A DNA stretch of 64,000 nt from an uncultured bacterium (GTDB lineage: Bacteria; Oederibacteriota; Oederibacteriia; Oederibacteriales; Oederibacteriaceae): the NCBI GenBank assembly GCA_965112635.1, contig OZ218778.1:1824001-1888000 (forward strand), given 5' to 3'. The notes beneath the pieces are model-generated. The model made no database searches. It saw nothing but the letters and a program-made list of their open reading frames with translations, and was not told the DNA's origin. Position numbers and translations under genes: made by a program. Position 1 is the stretch's first letter, and each line of letters starts with the position of its first letter. This document shows, one piece after another, positions 1-10,307 of the stretch.

Positions 1-3000
1 ACCACTAACGGGGGACACAAAATTTCCGGAATGGTATTAGTAGGGGGGCAGACTTTTAGCCAGCTCGGTTATTTAAATAACAGCAGTAATTTACCTGTTT
101 TTATTTTTAATTCCAGCAATGTTTGGCGTGACGGAAACAGCCTGGACTCGTTGGGTAACTATATTTCACACCAGCTTCCTGACGGAACTTATACCCTGAA
201 GCTTAACCAGAGATTTTTGAGTACTGCCCAGATCAGTCCGACCCTTGCGGGCGTTGACCTCTACAATCAGAACTTTAACCTTACCGTGGATCCCACACAG
301 GATATCTTTTATCCCTATGCCAGCCAGCTCTATCCGGCCAACAATATGACCATTCTCAACAGCCAGCCGACCATCAGCGCGTCTCTGTCCGATGGGACGC
401 TGGGCACTGCTATCCAGAACATCTCGACCAAAATAGACGGCGGCACGGTGGGGAATACTTTCAATTCCGGCGTGGTGAGCTTTAGCCCGGCTGCGGCTCT
501 TTCCGGCGGGTCTCACAGTGCTGAGGTCAAGTTCAGTGATTCCGCCAGCCCTTCAGCCCACAGCCAGGATGAGGTCTGGACCTTCAGTATTGCCACCTCC
601 ACCAACACCCCTTCTTCCACGCTGACCTCTACGATGACACAAACGCCGACACCCTTGCCTACACCCGTTTTCACCAGTATCAACGGCGGGCCCAGCGCGT
701 TCCTGGGCGAGGGTGCCACTGCCCAGACCATAACTATTGTCGGAAACAATTTTGGAGGAACCATCGGGTCAGTAAGTTTCAGCGGGGCTGGTGTCACAGT
801 GACCAGCTATCCAGCCTGGAACAACACTACTATCACTTTATCCGTCAATGTGGATACCTATGCTCCCACCAACACCATTCCCGACCGATTTCTCACTATT
901 GTCAACGGGTCCAACGGCGGCTCCGCGATGACGGGAAATGTGTTTTATGTGGTGCCCCGGCCCAATGCCAGCATTACCACATTCATGTATCCTTCCAACC
1001 TGGGTCAGGGAGCTGTAAACGCTACCATCGATATCTTTGACCCCTCAGGATATTTCGGGTCAACTCCGGGCTCGCTCCTGCTGGATGCTCCCGGCCATAC
1101 CAATATCACCTCGTACAGCATTCAGGCGTGGGACAGTCATTCCATCACCATGACCGCCAGCGCTAGCAGCAGCGCTATTCCAGGCGACTATGGACTGACC
1201 ATCACCGCCTCTTCGGCCAGCGGATCCGGTATTGGTGTGTTTAATTGGTTCTCAGTTGTGCCCGGCCCCGTGGTCAACAGTGTTTCCACCACATCCAACC
1301 TCAACTATCTGGGCCAGGGCGCAGTCAATCAGATTGTGAATGTCTATGGCGCTGGGTTTGGGGCTAGCCGTGGGACAAGCGGGTCAGTCAGTTTCAGTGG
1401 GCCCGGTATTACAGTAAACGGATATCCAAGCTGGAGCGATAGTCAGATACAGGTCAATGTATCTGTTGCGCTAAATGCTTGGACCACATCCCGGACGGTC
1501 ACCGTGGTGAACGGCCTGAACTACGGCCAGGTAACCACGGGCAATATATTCAGCGTATCTCCTTCCCCCAATTCGTTCGGTTTCACGGTGATGACCCCTC
1601 CCGGCTTGTTCCAAGGGGCTAGCAACGTGACCATCAATCTCTATGACCCCAATGCGACTTTTGGGACCGCTCCTGGTTTGCTGCTGCTGGATAGCGCCAG
1701 CGGTAATGCCAACATTACCTCTTATAGCCCCAATATGTGGAGCGCTAATTCCATTACCCTGACCGCCAGCGTGAGCAGTACTGCCGCCTTTGGGTACTAT
1801 GCCCTGACCATCACGGCGAATGTCGGTAACGGGTCCGGTGTCGGGGCTTTCAACGGGTTCCGCATCATCCCGTCGTCCACGGCTACAGCCACGGCAACGG
1901 CGACGGCAACCAGCACCGCCACCGTGACGACCACGGCCACGCAGACAGCCACCCAGACGGCGACCCAGACGGCCACCAATACCGCCACAACCACAGCAAC
2001 TAGCACGGCTTCTAGTACGGCTACCAATACGGCGACCCAGTCTGCCACAGCTACGAGCACGGCAGCATTCACAGGGACCTATACAGCTACGGGCACGGCT
2101 ACCCAGACTGCCACGAATACAAACACCGAGACCGCGACCAGCACAGCAACAAATACGGAGACCCAGAGTGCCACTAATACGGCTTCCCAAACAGCATCCC
2201 AGACCGTGACCCTGACGGCTACAAATACAGCTACGAATTCAGCGACGGCCACGGCCACCAATACGGTGACGCAGACCGCCACAGCCACTGGCACGGCAGC
2301 ATTCACAGGGACCTATACAGCTACGGGCACGGCTACTCAGACTGCCACGAATACAAACACCGAGACCGCGACCAGCACAGCAACAAATACGGCTACCCAG
2401 ACGGCCTCCCAGACGACCACTCAGACCACCACGGCAACGGGCACGGCAGCATTCACAGGGACCTATACGGCCACAGGAACGGCTACCCAGACGGTTACGA
2501 ATACGGACACCCAGACTGGGACCAGCACAGCTACAAATACGGCTACCCAAACCTCCAGCCAGACGGCTTCCCAAACAGCATCCCAGACCACAACCCAGAC
2601 GGCCACCAATACCATAACGAATACAGCTACGGCCACAGTCACCAGCACGATCACACAGACCGCCACAGCCACGGACACGGCAGCATTTACAGGGACCTAT
2701 TCAGCTACGAGCACGGCTACCCAGACGGTTACAAATACAGCCACCCAGACAGCGACCAGTACGGCGACGAATTCAGCGACTGAAACGGTTACCGGCACGA
2801 TCACCCAAACCGCCACAGCCACCAATACCATAACGAATACTGCGACGGCCACGGCGACCAGCACGATTACCCAGACCACCACAGCCACGAATACGGCTGT
2901 ATTCACAGGGACCAATACGGATACGAGTACGGCTACCCTGACGGTCACCAATACGGATAGCCAGACGGCTACGGCTACAGCCACCCAGTCGGCTACCGCC

Positions 3001-5004
3001 ACGACCACGGCAACGGCGACCTATACCGGGACCATTACCAACACGGCTACGGAAACCGCGACCGCGACCCTGACGCTCTCCACCACCGAGACTGCCACCT
3101 CGTCCTTGACCCAGACGATTACGCTGACTGCTACCGCCACCAACACGGCCACCGAGACTATGACCACCACGGCAACCCTGACCTCCACGGTAACAGGGTC
3201 CCAGACCGTGACCGCTACGGAAACCCTGACCGCTACGATCACTTTGACCTTTACGGACACGCCAGTCAATACCGGCACAGCCACCGTGACCGCGACCTAT
3301 ACGGCGACCAATACGGTCAGCCCGTCTGCGACATACACCGCGACTGTGACGGCATCGGGCAGCCCTACAGTCACGGCGACCATAACCCAGACCATGACCC
3401 AGACCATGACGATGACCGTTTCGCCGACAGCGACTGATTCAGGCACTCCGACCATAACCAATACCCAGAGCCAGACCGCCACCATCACTCTGACCTCTAC
3501 CGTGACTTTGACGGGCACCCAGACACAAACACCCTCCCAGACCTTTACCCCGGGCGGGTCCACAGCGCCGGGAGGATTGACCATCACCGCCCAGCTCAAT
3601 CAGGAAATTGACCTCAAATGGAATGCCGCGATACAGGGTTATTACCGCATCACCAACTATAAGATTTATAGGAACGTTGGAGTGCCGGGTCCGCCTTGGC
3701 TGAACTCTTTCCAGGTCAACTCAACACAATTGTCCTATCAGGACCACAACGTGACGAACGGGACCCTTTATTACTACACCGTGGCTGCGGTAGACAGTCA
3801 ACTTAACGAAGTGGCAGCATTCCCCGTCTATGGGACGCCGCAAAATATCGTTGATCCCGCTCAAAATCTTGCGGCTTCCTGCGGGAGCGGCGGCATTACC
3901 CTTACCTGGAACGAGCCCTATGGGGGCAGCAGAACATTGAACTATTTCAATGTATTCCGTTCAACCACTCCGGGGGGGCCATATCCCATTACCGTAACAG
4001 CGGTTACTTATACTTCAGCAGGCTATGCCGATTCTTGCCTGGATCCCTACGCTCCCAACGGGATGACCATTTATTACATTGTGATTACGTATGATAATGC
4101 CGGTAATCCCAGCACAGGGTCCAACGAAGCCAGCGTGGTCAACACCAAATCTTTGGATGGCTATGTTTACAAAACCGACGGGAGTACTCCGATTTCAGCA
4201 GTTTCTGTTTACGCCTATCTGAACGGCTTGCAGCAGAGTGTGGCCACGACGGATGTTACAGGTTATTACTCGTTCTTTAACCTGTCCGACGGGATCTATA
4301 GTGTCCAGGCTTCAGCCAGCACTTTGGAAGGGATATTGAGTTCGGCTTACCAGCCGGCTGCCACAGGCATGTCCGGGTTTAACTTTACCCTGGAGGTCAA
4401 CTATGTACTGAGCGTGGTGAGCGGGGCGTTGGATATGAAATCAGCCAAGGCCAAAGCCGCGTCCATTACAGCCATTCACACCTATGCCGCGGAAGGAAGC
4501 TGGATAGAATTATGGCAGAACGGCCGGTCCCTGGTTAGGGTCAACACAGACCCCAATGGGAACTTCACCATACCCAACCTGCTTTCCGGGATGTACCAGG
4601 TCAGGGGATACTATAACGGGGTGGAGGTGGTCACCCAGACCGTGACTCTGCATGCCGGCGAGCGTCTGGCTTTGAACCTCAACGGGGTCAACGGCGTGCC
4701 AGATGACCAGGTTTACGTGTTCCCCAACCCCGCCAAGACAGGCAGCGCGACCTTCAGGTTCCAGGTAGGCTTTACAAACTACGATATATCGCTGAAGATA
4801 TTCACGCTGGCCGGCGATATGGTCAGGGAGTTCACGAACACGGATATCAGCTGCAACACGACCGATTGCAGGGTCAAGTGGGACCTCACCGACGAGCAGC
4901 ACAAGGCAGTCGCCAGTGGCGTTTATTTCTATGTCCTGAAAGTGAAGGACTTGGATACCAATAACCTCTACACGGTGGTCAAGAAAGTGGCTGTGATAAA
5001 GTAA
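1..5004 (+). CDS. Large surface protein, 5'-truncated by the window edge: Ig-like and four IPT/TIG-like domains, ~560-aa Thr-Xaa tract, two FN3-like domains, two carboxypeptidase-regulatory-like domains, C-terminal FlgD-Ig/T9SS-like CTD
   Basis: Frame is open from base 1 (TTNGGHKISGM), so the real start is upstream. Repeated LGQGAxN...W(N/S/D)xxxI units; Thr tract ~1873-3552; LKWNA...YKIYR...YYYTVAAVD FN3 pattern; C-terminus VYVFPNP...LKIFTLAGDMVR...KWDLTD...ASGVYFY...KKVAVIK. Confidence 0.85.
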   Translation, partial: TTNGGHKISGMVLVGGQTFSQLGYLNNSSNLPVFIFNSSNVWRDGNSLDSLGNYISHQLPDGTYTLKLNQRFLSTAQISPTLAGVDLYNQNFNLTVDPTQDIFYPYASQLYPANNMTILNSQPTISASLSDGTLGTAIQNISTKIDGGTVGNTFNSGVVSFSPAAALSGGSHSAEVKFSDSASPSAHSQDEVWTFSIATSTNTPSSTLTSTMTQTPTPLPTPVFTSINGGPSAFLGEGATAQTITIVGNNFGGTIGSVSFSGAGVTVTSYPAWNNTTITLSVNVDTYAPTNTIPDRFLTIVNGSNGGSAMTGNVFYVVPRPNASITTFMYPSNLGQGAVNATIDIFDPSGYFGSTPGSLLLDAPGHTNITSYSIQAWDSHSITMTASASSSAIPGDYGLTITASSASGSGIGVFNWFSVVPGPVVNSVSTTSNLNYLGQGAVNQIVNVYGAGFGASRGTSGSVSFSGPGITVNGYPSWSDSQIQVNVSVALNAWTTSRTVTVVNGLNYGQVTTGNIFSVSPSPNSFGFTVMTPPGLFQGASNVTINLYDPNATFGTAPGLLLLDSASGNANITSYSPNMWSANSITLTASVSSTAAFGYYALTITANVGNGSGVGAFNGFRIIPSSTATATATATATSTATVTTTATQTATQTATQTATNTATTTATSTASSTATNTATQSATATSTAAFTGTYTATGTATQTATNTNTETATSTATNTETQSATNTASQTASQTVTLTATNTATNSATATATNTVTQTATATGTAAFTGTYTATGTATQTATNTNTETATSTATNTATQTASQTTTQTTTATGTAAFTGTYTATGTATQTVTNTDTQTGTSTATNTATQTSSQTASQTASQTTTQTATNTITNTATATVTSTITQTATATDTAAFTGTYSATSTATQTVTNTATQTATSTATNSATETVTGTITQTATATNTITNTATATATSTITQTTTATNTAVFTGTNTDTSTATLTVTNTDSQTATATATQSATATTTATATYTGTITNTATETATATLTLSTTETATSSLTQTITLTATATNTATETMTTTATLTSTVTGSQTVTATETLTATITLTFTDTPVNTGTATVTATYTATNTVSPSATYTATVTASGSPTVTATITQTMTQTMTMTVSPTATDSGTPTITNTQSQTATITLTSTVTLTGTQTQTPSQTFTPGGSTAPGGLTITAQLNQEIDLKWNAAIQGYYRITNYKIYRNVGVPGPPWLNSFQVNSTQLSYQDHNVTNGTLYYYTVAAVDSQLNEVAAFPVYGTPQNIVDPAQNLAASCGSGGITLTWNEPYGGSRTLNYFNVFRSTTPGGPYPITVTAVTYTSAGYADSCLDPYAPNGMTIYYIVITYDNAGNPSTGSNEASVVNTKSLDGYVYKTDGSTPISAVSVYAYLNGLQQSVATTDVTGYYSFFNLSDGIYSVQASASTLEGILSSAYQPAATGMSGFNFTLEVNYVLSVVSGALDMKSAKAKAASITAIHTYAAEGSWIELWQNGRSLVRVNTDPNGNFTIPNLLSGMYQVRGYYNGVEVVTQTVTLHAGERLALNLNGVNGVPDDQVYVFPNPAKTGSATFRFQVGFTNYDISLKIFTLAGDMVREFTNTDISCNTTDCRVKWDLTDEQHKAVASGVYFYVLKVKDLDTNNLYTVVKKVAVIK

Positions 5005-5053
5005 TGCCCTTAAAAAGGAAAGGGTCAGGAAGATGAGAATAAGGAGAGCTGGT

Positions 5054-7069
5054 ATGAAAAAAATCAGGATGGCCGGCTGGGGACTTTTGGCTTGGTTATG
5101 TTTGGCCGGACTTCTTCACGCTCAGACAGTGGTTACTGTTTCCAACCTGGCGACCATGGACAGCAACAATACTTACCGCACGACCTTTTCCAAGGGCGAG
5201 AACATCACCTTTCAGGTTAATGGATATTACAACGCGGTCACTTATTGCGCCTCCATAGGTTTTGCCTTTACCATCCAGGACCCCAATGCCAGGACCGTCC
5301 TGAGCCAGCAGGGAAATTCCGTCAGGGGGAACCTGGGGTATTCCGGACCCGTGGGTGCCAGTTTGTCCAACTTCCCCACTAATTCGTTCTTTACGGTCAG
5401 CGGGACTTATACTTTTACGGGCAAGGCCTCCGCTTACCATGTGCTGGACAACGCTGTCATGACCACGGTCAACCAGACCATGACTTTTAATATTACCTCG
5501 CCGCAAGTTTCGCTATCCTATCCTTTTAACGGCGCGCAGAACTTGGCAGACAACCCTTTGATATTCAGCTGGAGCGCATCCGGAGCGGTACAGTACGAGG
5601 TCCAGGTGGATATCAGCCAGGGGTTCAGCCAGCCTGTTTGGCAGTCCATCGTCTCGACCACCAGCGCTACCTACCCTCTTAACCCGCCGGCCAACCAGCA
5701 ACTAGTAGGAGGTACGATTTACTTCTGGAGGGTGCTGGCGCTCAATGCCGCTGGGGCAGTGGTCGCAACTTCCAGTCAGACCTACACCTTTACCAAGGCC
5801 CCTTCCCAGCAGACGCAGATAAGGGACATCGGCGTCATGGGGGTAGGCTTTCTCGACTGGACCGGCGCGTTATCGACCAGTGTAAATCTGCAGGCCAACC
5901 AATCCACCACTATTGCGGTGCAGGTGCAAAACAACGGCACCCAGACCGAAGTGAATGTTCCAGTCTATCTTTATTTGAACGGCAGGGCCTTGCCCATGCA
6001 GACCGTTTCCAGCCTGGCTTCAAATCAGAGCCAGTTCGTTTCCTTTGCCTATCAGTATGACGGCTCGGTGACCACCCTCAACGCTTCGGGAAGCGTTGAT
6101 TTTGCCGATGATAACCCTTCCAATAACCTCCTGACCAAAACCCTGTCCTTTAACCAGACCGCGGCCGGGACCGCAGGCACGGGTGGGCAGAGCGGGCCGG
6201 GCCAGGGCACTGCGGGCACGGGCGGGACCGGCCTGAGCGGAACAGCCGGGGTCACAGGAACCTATACCACAGGCAGTACCGGGACGACCATGACCGAACA
6301 GCAGGCCTGGGAAGTCATCAAGCAGTATGTGGGGGCCGGGGCTGGCGACCTGAGCGGGTATCAATACGCAGGGGTCCAGGGCGGGGATATTATTTCCCTT
6401 GCGCAGTCCCTGCAAGGCGGACAAAGCCAGGTCAGCGGCACTACGATGGTTTCCTCCGATAGTTCAGGAGCAGGGGTTTCTTACGCTTACACCCCTACGC
6501 CTTCTCCCACACTCGAGCCAACGCCCAATCCTTTGGCTAGTTTGCCTGCCGTACAGGCTGAGAATAAGGAGGCTCCTGTCATTGGATACGCGGAAACCAG
6601 CGGGTCTGTCCAGGTCAAAAGAGAAGGCTCTGACTGGCAGGGCCTCAGTAATAACTCCAATATTCAAGCAGGTGACCAAATCAGGACCTTGGCGGGAGGT
6701 CGCAGCACCATTTTTGGCCAAGATGGCATTAAAATGACCCTGTGGGAGAAAACCATTATTGACATTGACGTTGTCAAGAATAATGAGCAGGGCAAGACCG
6801 TAAAAAGTTTCAGGGTAGACAAGGGGAGCATGGAGGCGGACCTGCCAAAAGCCTCCAATACGGTTTATAAAGTTGAGTGTCCTTTGGGCATTCTAGATTG
6901 CGAAGAAGGTCTCGTTCAGTGTAAAGTCACGGATGCCCAGGACCTCTTCAGGTCCAAAAGAGGCAAGGTCTCGGTTTCTAACCTGATGGGCAAGGTCGAT
7001 GCCGAAGAGGGGAAGATCGTGGTTTTGACCAGCGGTAAAGCCCCCGTCATCTTTGAAGAAAAGAAGTAG
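5054..7069 (+). CDS. Secreted multidomain protein: Ig/FN3-like domains, CARDB domain, Gly/Thr linker, C-terminal FecR-like domain
   Basis: AGGAG RBS before ATG 5054 (track starts at 5033). Signal peptide ending LHA-Q. CARDB-like DIGVMGV...VQVQNNGTQTE...VDFADDNPSNN. FecR-like GSVQVKREGSDW...GDQIRTLAGGRS. Confidence 0.75.
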   Translation: MKKIRMAGWGLLAWLCLAGLLHAQTVVTVSNLATMDSNNTYRTTFSKGENITFQVNGYYNAVTYCASIGFAFTIQDPNARTVLSQQGNSVRGNLGYSGPVGASLSNFPTNSFFTVSGTYTFTGKASAYHVLDNAVMTTVNQTMTFNITSPQVSLSYPFNGAQNLADNPLIFSWSASGAVQYEVQVDISQGFSQPVWQSIVSTTSATYPLNPPANQQLVGGTIYFWRVLALNAAGAVVATSSQTYTFTKAPSQQTQIRDIGVMGVGFLDWTGALSTSVNLQANQSTTIAVQVQNNGTQTEVNVPVYLYLNGRALPMQTVSSLASNQSQFVSFAYQYDGSVTTLNASGSVDFADDNPSNNLLTKTLSFNQTAAGTAGTGGQSGPGQGTAGTGGTGLSGTAGVTGTYTTGSTGTTMTEQQAWEVIKQYVGAGAGDLSGYQYAGVQGGDIISLAQSLQGGQSQVSGTTMVSSDSSGAGVSYAYTPTPSPTLEPTPNPLASLPAVQAENKEAPVIGYAETSGSVQVKREGSDWQGLSNNSNIQAGDQIRTLAGGRSTIFGQDGIKMTLWEKTIIDIDVVKNNEQGKTVKSFRVDKGSMEADLPKASNTVYKVECPLGILDCEEGLVQCKVTDAQDLFRSKRGKVSVSNLMGKVDAEEGKIVVLTSGKAPVIFEEKK

Positions 7070-7134
7070 CACTAAAAAACAGATGGTCATTAGCGGTCTG
7101 TGTATGGATAAAACTATTTAAAAGGAGGGGTTAG

Positions 7135-7879
7135 ATGAAAAAATTAAATAGAAAGGAAATGGCCTGGCTCTCAGTGGGGGTTGGGCGCGGTTTTATGCGG
7201 TTTAGCAGCCGTGTGCGTGATCCTGCCTTTAGCCGCCGCAAAAGCCGATTCGCCCATTGCCATTGTGACATTCTTGGCCGGGCCCGTGGATGTCCAGAAG
7301 GCGGGAGCCGTACAGTGGAATCCTCTAAGGCGTGGCGATTATCTCTATGAGGACCAGGTAGTCAAGACAGGCCGAAGGGCCCAAGTTGCTCTTTTTTATA
7401 CCGAGGGAACTGAGTTGAGGCTGAACGGAGACACAACCTTAAACGTGGGGACCAAGGAGAAAAAGGTCGTGTCCGCGGGGATGCAGGTAGTCCGTACCAT
7501 CAAACTTATGATCGGTGAGTTCTGGGGGCAGTTTGCCAAGACCTCTGACACCGGTGTTAGCTACGATATAAAAACCTCTTCCGCCGTGGCCGCGGTCAAA
7601 GGCACCAAGTTGGATTCTGAAGCACAATCCTCAGGCGCTTCAGCTTTTTCTGTGATGGAAGGATTGGTACAGGTCAGCAATAATTTGGGCAGCGTGAATG
7701 TCGGCGCGGGAATGAAAACCACCGTCCAAGCCGGCGGCGCGCCCACCGCACCCAAGTCGTTTGCCAGTCGTGCTGCATGGGAAGCAGGGATGAACGGGAA
7801 ATCTCCCAAAACATTGATCCTTAAGATCAAAGGAAAGGGTGGCGCGGAGAGAGAATTGAAAGTGTTCCTGCAAAAGTAA
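7135..7879 (+). CDS. FecR-domain periplasmic protein; apparent +1 frameshift in the G5 run at 7176-7180
   Basis: AAGGAGGGG RBS precedes ATG 7135 (MKKLNRKEMAWLSVG). Removing one G joins it to the 7181 frame and completes a signal peptide (LGAVLCGLAAVCVILPLAAAKA). FecR motifs GPVDVQKAG...GDYLYEDQVVKTG and TSSAVAAVKGT...VMEGLVQV. Confidence 0.75.
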
Positions 7880-7996
7880 TCCCAGGGAATAGGGCAGCTT
7901 TTTCGGCTGCCCCCCGGGTCCAGGTTTTGCGGGCGATGTTTTCCCCTCGAGGTTGGGGGGAGGGTAACTCTATGAAAATCAATACATATTACAGGA

Positions 7997-9947
7997 ATGC
8001 CATTGAAAAAAATGTTTGTTCAAAACATATTTCGAAAGATATTCATCAAACTTTTCGCAGGGGCCTTGCTGCTGTCAGTCCTCCTGTCTCCCCTGGAGAT
8101 GTGGGCGGCTGATTTTGCCAAAATCCTGCAAGCAGTCCCCGCGCCTAATCCCGTCAAAGCCGGGGATACGGTCAACTTCCAAGTGGTCATCAAGAACGTC
8201 GGGAATATAAACTGGCCAGCCGAGCAGTATTCCATCAAGGCGGAGATCTATTCCAAGGATAAAGAACTGATTCTGAATTCATCCGCCCTGGTCGGGCCTT
8301 TTGATACGGCGCCTGGAGAAACGGCCCTGCTCTACCTGCCATTCAACGTGCCGCAGGATTTTAAGGGTGAGTACTATTTCAAAATAGACCTGGACCATAA
8401 CGGCAATAGGGTGCTTACCAGTGATTTTTACAGTTTCCAAACCATTGCCGTAAACCAGGCTGAAGAGGAAGCTGTGCCTCCCTCTGTGCATTTCAGCGGT
8501 AACATCCTGGCCTCCTACAAGAACAGTTCCTTGACGAATTACTTGGGCAATATAACTCTCAACATGATGGGCCAGGTATTTCAAAAAACCGTCTCATTTA
8601 ATGGTTATGTAGATTACGACAAAACAGGCAATTATCAACTCACGCGCGGTCTTTTATCCTACTATGACGACTGGGGCGATCTTCAGTTGGGGGACGTGAC
8701 CCCTGAGCTTTCCTCGTTTACCTTGTCCAACCTGCTGATAAGAGGGGGCATGGCAGAGGTCCACACCAACAATAACTTATTTACCTGGACTGCGGTGGCT
8801 GCCCGTGTCAAATATCCCAGTGAGGGAACATCTTTGATAGCCGGGATCTATGCCCGTGATTTGTGGGGCGGCAGGGGAGCGGTGGACCTTCCTTTGTTCG
8901 GATTTGACACCATCTCCGGTGTTTCCTATTCCCATGCCTATGACGAACAGAATTCCATCAGCACCCCGGGTCCTGGAGTTTCACCCGTGGTGGACGACGT
9001 GTATGCCGTGGATACCACCTGGAAGCTTCCCAATGTGATCAAGATCACCGCGGAGGCAGCCCAAAGCCAATATAACCCCAATGCCTTAACAACAGGCGCC
9101 AATACGACCGATATCGCCTACCGGCTTAATACTACGACCCTTATTTCCTCCGCCACGGTCAACGTGGGCTACCGGAAGCGTGGGAACGAACTTTTATTCG
9201 CTGGGAAACCCGGCTAACGTGCCGGACAGAGCTGGTATTGAGTCTTCTTTGTTCTGGAACACTACTCCTTGGACCACCCTTACTGGAGTGTTCAACCAGT
9301 ACACCAATAATCTCGATCAAAATCCTCAGACCGTGACCACTACCAATGACGTGATGGGAGGCGGTCTGAACATCAATGTCACAGAATTTCCCATCCTGAG
9401 CTTAGGTTATAATCTCAATACTTTTGTAGGCCAGGATACCAAAGTTGTGGATAACGCCACCACCAGCATCAATGGGGGTCTTTCATATACTAAAAGCAAC
9501 CTCGGAGGCAACATATCCTACTCGTTATCCAATTTTGTGGACCAGACCCAGAATGCCAATAACCTGAACACTAGCAGCTTGAACCTTTCCTTAAATTCTA
9601 TTTGGTGGAATGTCCTGTCCTTGGCAGGGGGCGCTACGCAGACTTTGAGCACCAATGTCACCACCAATGATACAACCACGACGATCTCTTACAGTGTGAA
9701 TTCGAGCTACCAAATCGTTCCCAAGCAATACACGTTGAGCGCCTGGACCAGCATGACCCAGCGGAGCGATGGAATGAATACGGTCAATAATAACAACCTC
9801 TCTTGGAATCTGGAGGTAAGCGATCAGCTGAGCCCGACCGCAATGATCACCCTTGGATATTCTCTTACGCAATACTCTGATTCGATCACCAATTTGCTTT
9901 CATATAATGATAATGCTGTTAGCGCAAGGGCCAATATGGGTTTCTAA
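7997..9947 (+). CDS. Outer-membrane beta-barrel protein with N-terminal Ig-like (NBR1-like) domain; split into ORFs 7997-9217 and 9180-9947 by an apparent +1 frameshift at ~9170-9180
   Basis: Signal peptide; GDTVNFQVVIKNVGNINW Ig domain; LQLGDVTPELSSFTL...RGG; alternating beta strands. VGYR|xVGTNFYSLGNP reads continuously across the frame change. C-terminal aromatic beta-signal-like SARANMGF. Confidence 0.7.
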
Positions 9948-10048
9948 TTTTTCCACTTTTCGTATTTGACACTTCCCCGCAGATCCCTGATTTTTATTGA
10001 CCCAAAAAACCAGGCCGCTAATGCCCAATATTGCCTCCGGAATATTTA

Positions 10049-10057
10049 TGGTATAAT
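10049..10057 (+). promoter_or_regulatory. Extended -10 sigma70-type promoter element for the oxidoreductase operon
   Basis: TGgTATAAT about 30 nt upstream of GGAGG RBS and GTG 10086. Confidence 0.5.
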
Positions 10058-10085
10058 TATTTTATTCCAGTTTGGAGGATTGATC

Positions 10086-10307
10086 GTGCCTAACCGTTTT
10101 AAAATCAAGGTAGACCCCATTTTTTGTAAATCCTGTGAGTTGTGCGTGGTGGCCTGCCCCAAGAAAATCATGAAAATATCAGATAAAAAGAACGACCGTG
10201 GTTTCAGCCTGGCCGTGTGCATGGATGAAGAGGCCTGCATAGGCTGTATGGCTTGCGCTGAAGTATGCCCGGATGTGGCCATAGAGATCATCCGGCTGGA
10301 GCCCTAA
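10086..10307 (+). CDS. 2[4Fe-4S] ferredoxin, delta subunit of 2-oxoacid:ferredoxin oxidoreductase
   Basis: CKSCELCVVACP and CIGCMACAEVCP motifs; GGAGG RBS before GTG 10086 (track start 9966 is too long). Confidence 0.9.
   Translation: MPNRFKIKVDPIFCKSCELCVVACPKKIMKISDKKNDRGFSLAVCMDEEACIGCMACAEVCPDVAIEIIRLEP

Noticed and set aside
7892-7912. GGGCAGC/GCTGCCC hairpin as a terminator (also GGCTG/CAGCC at ~38697-38713)
   Set aside because: No downstream U-tract and short stems; at most mRNA-stabilising hairpins.
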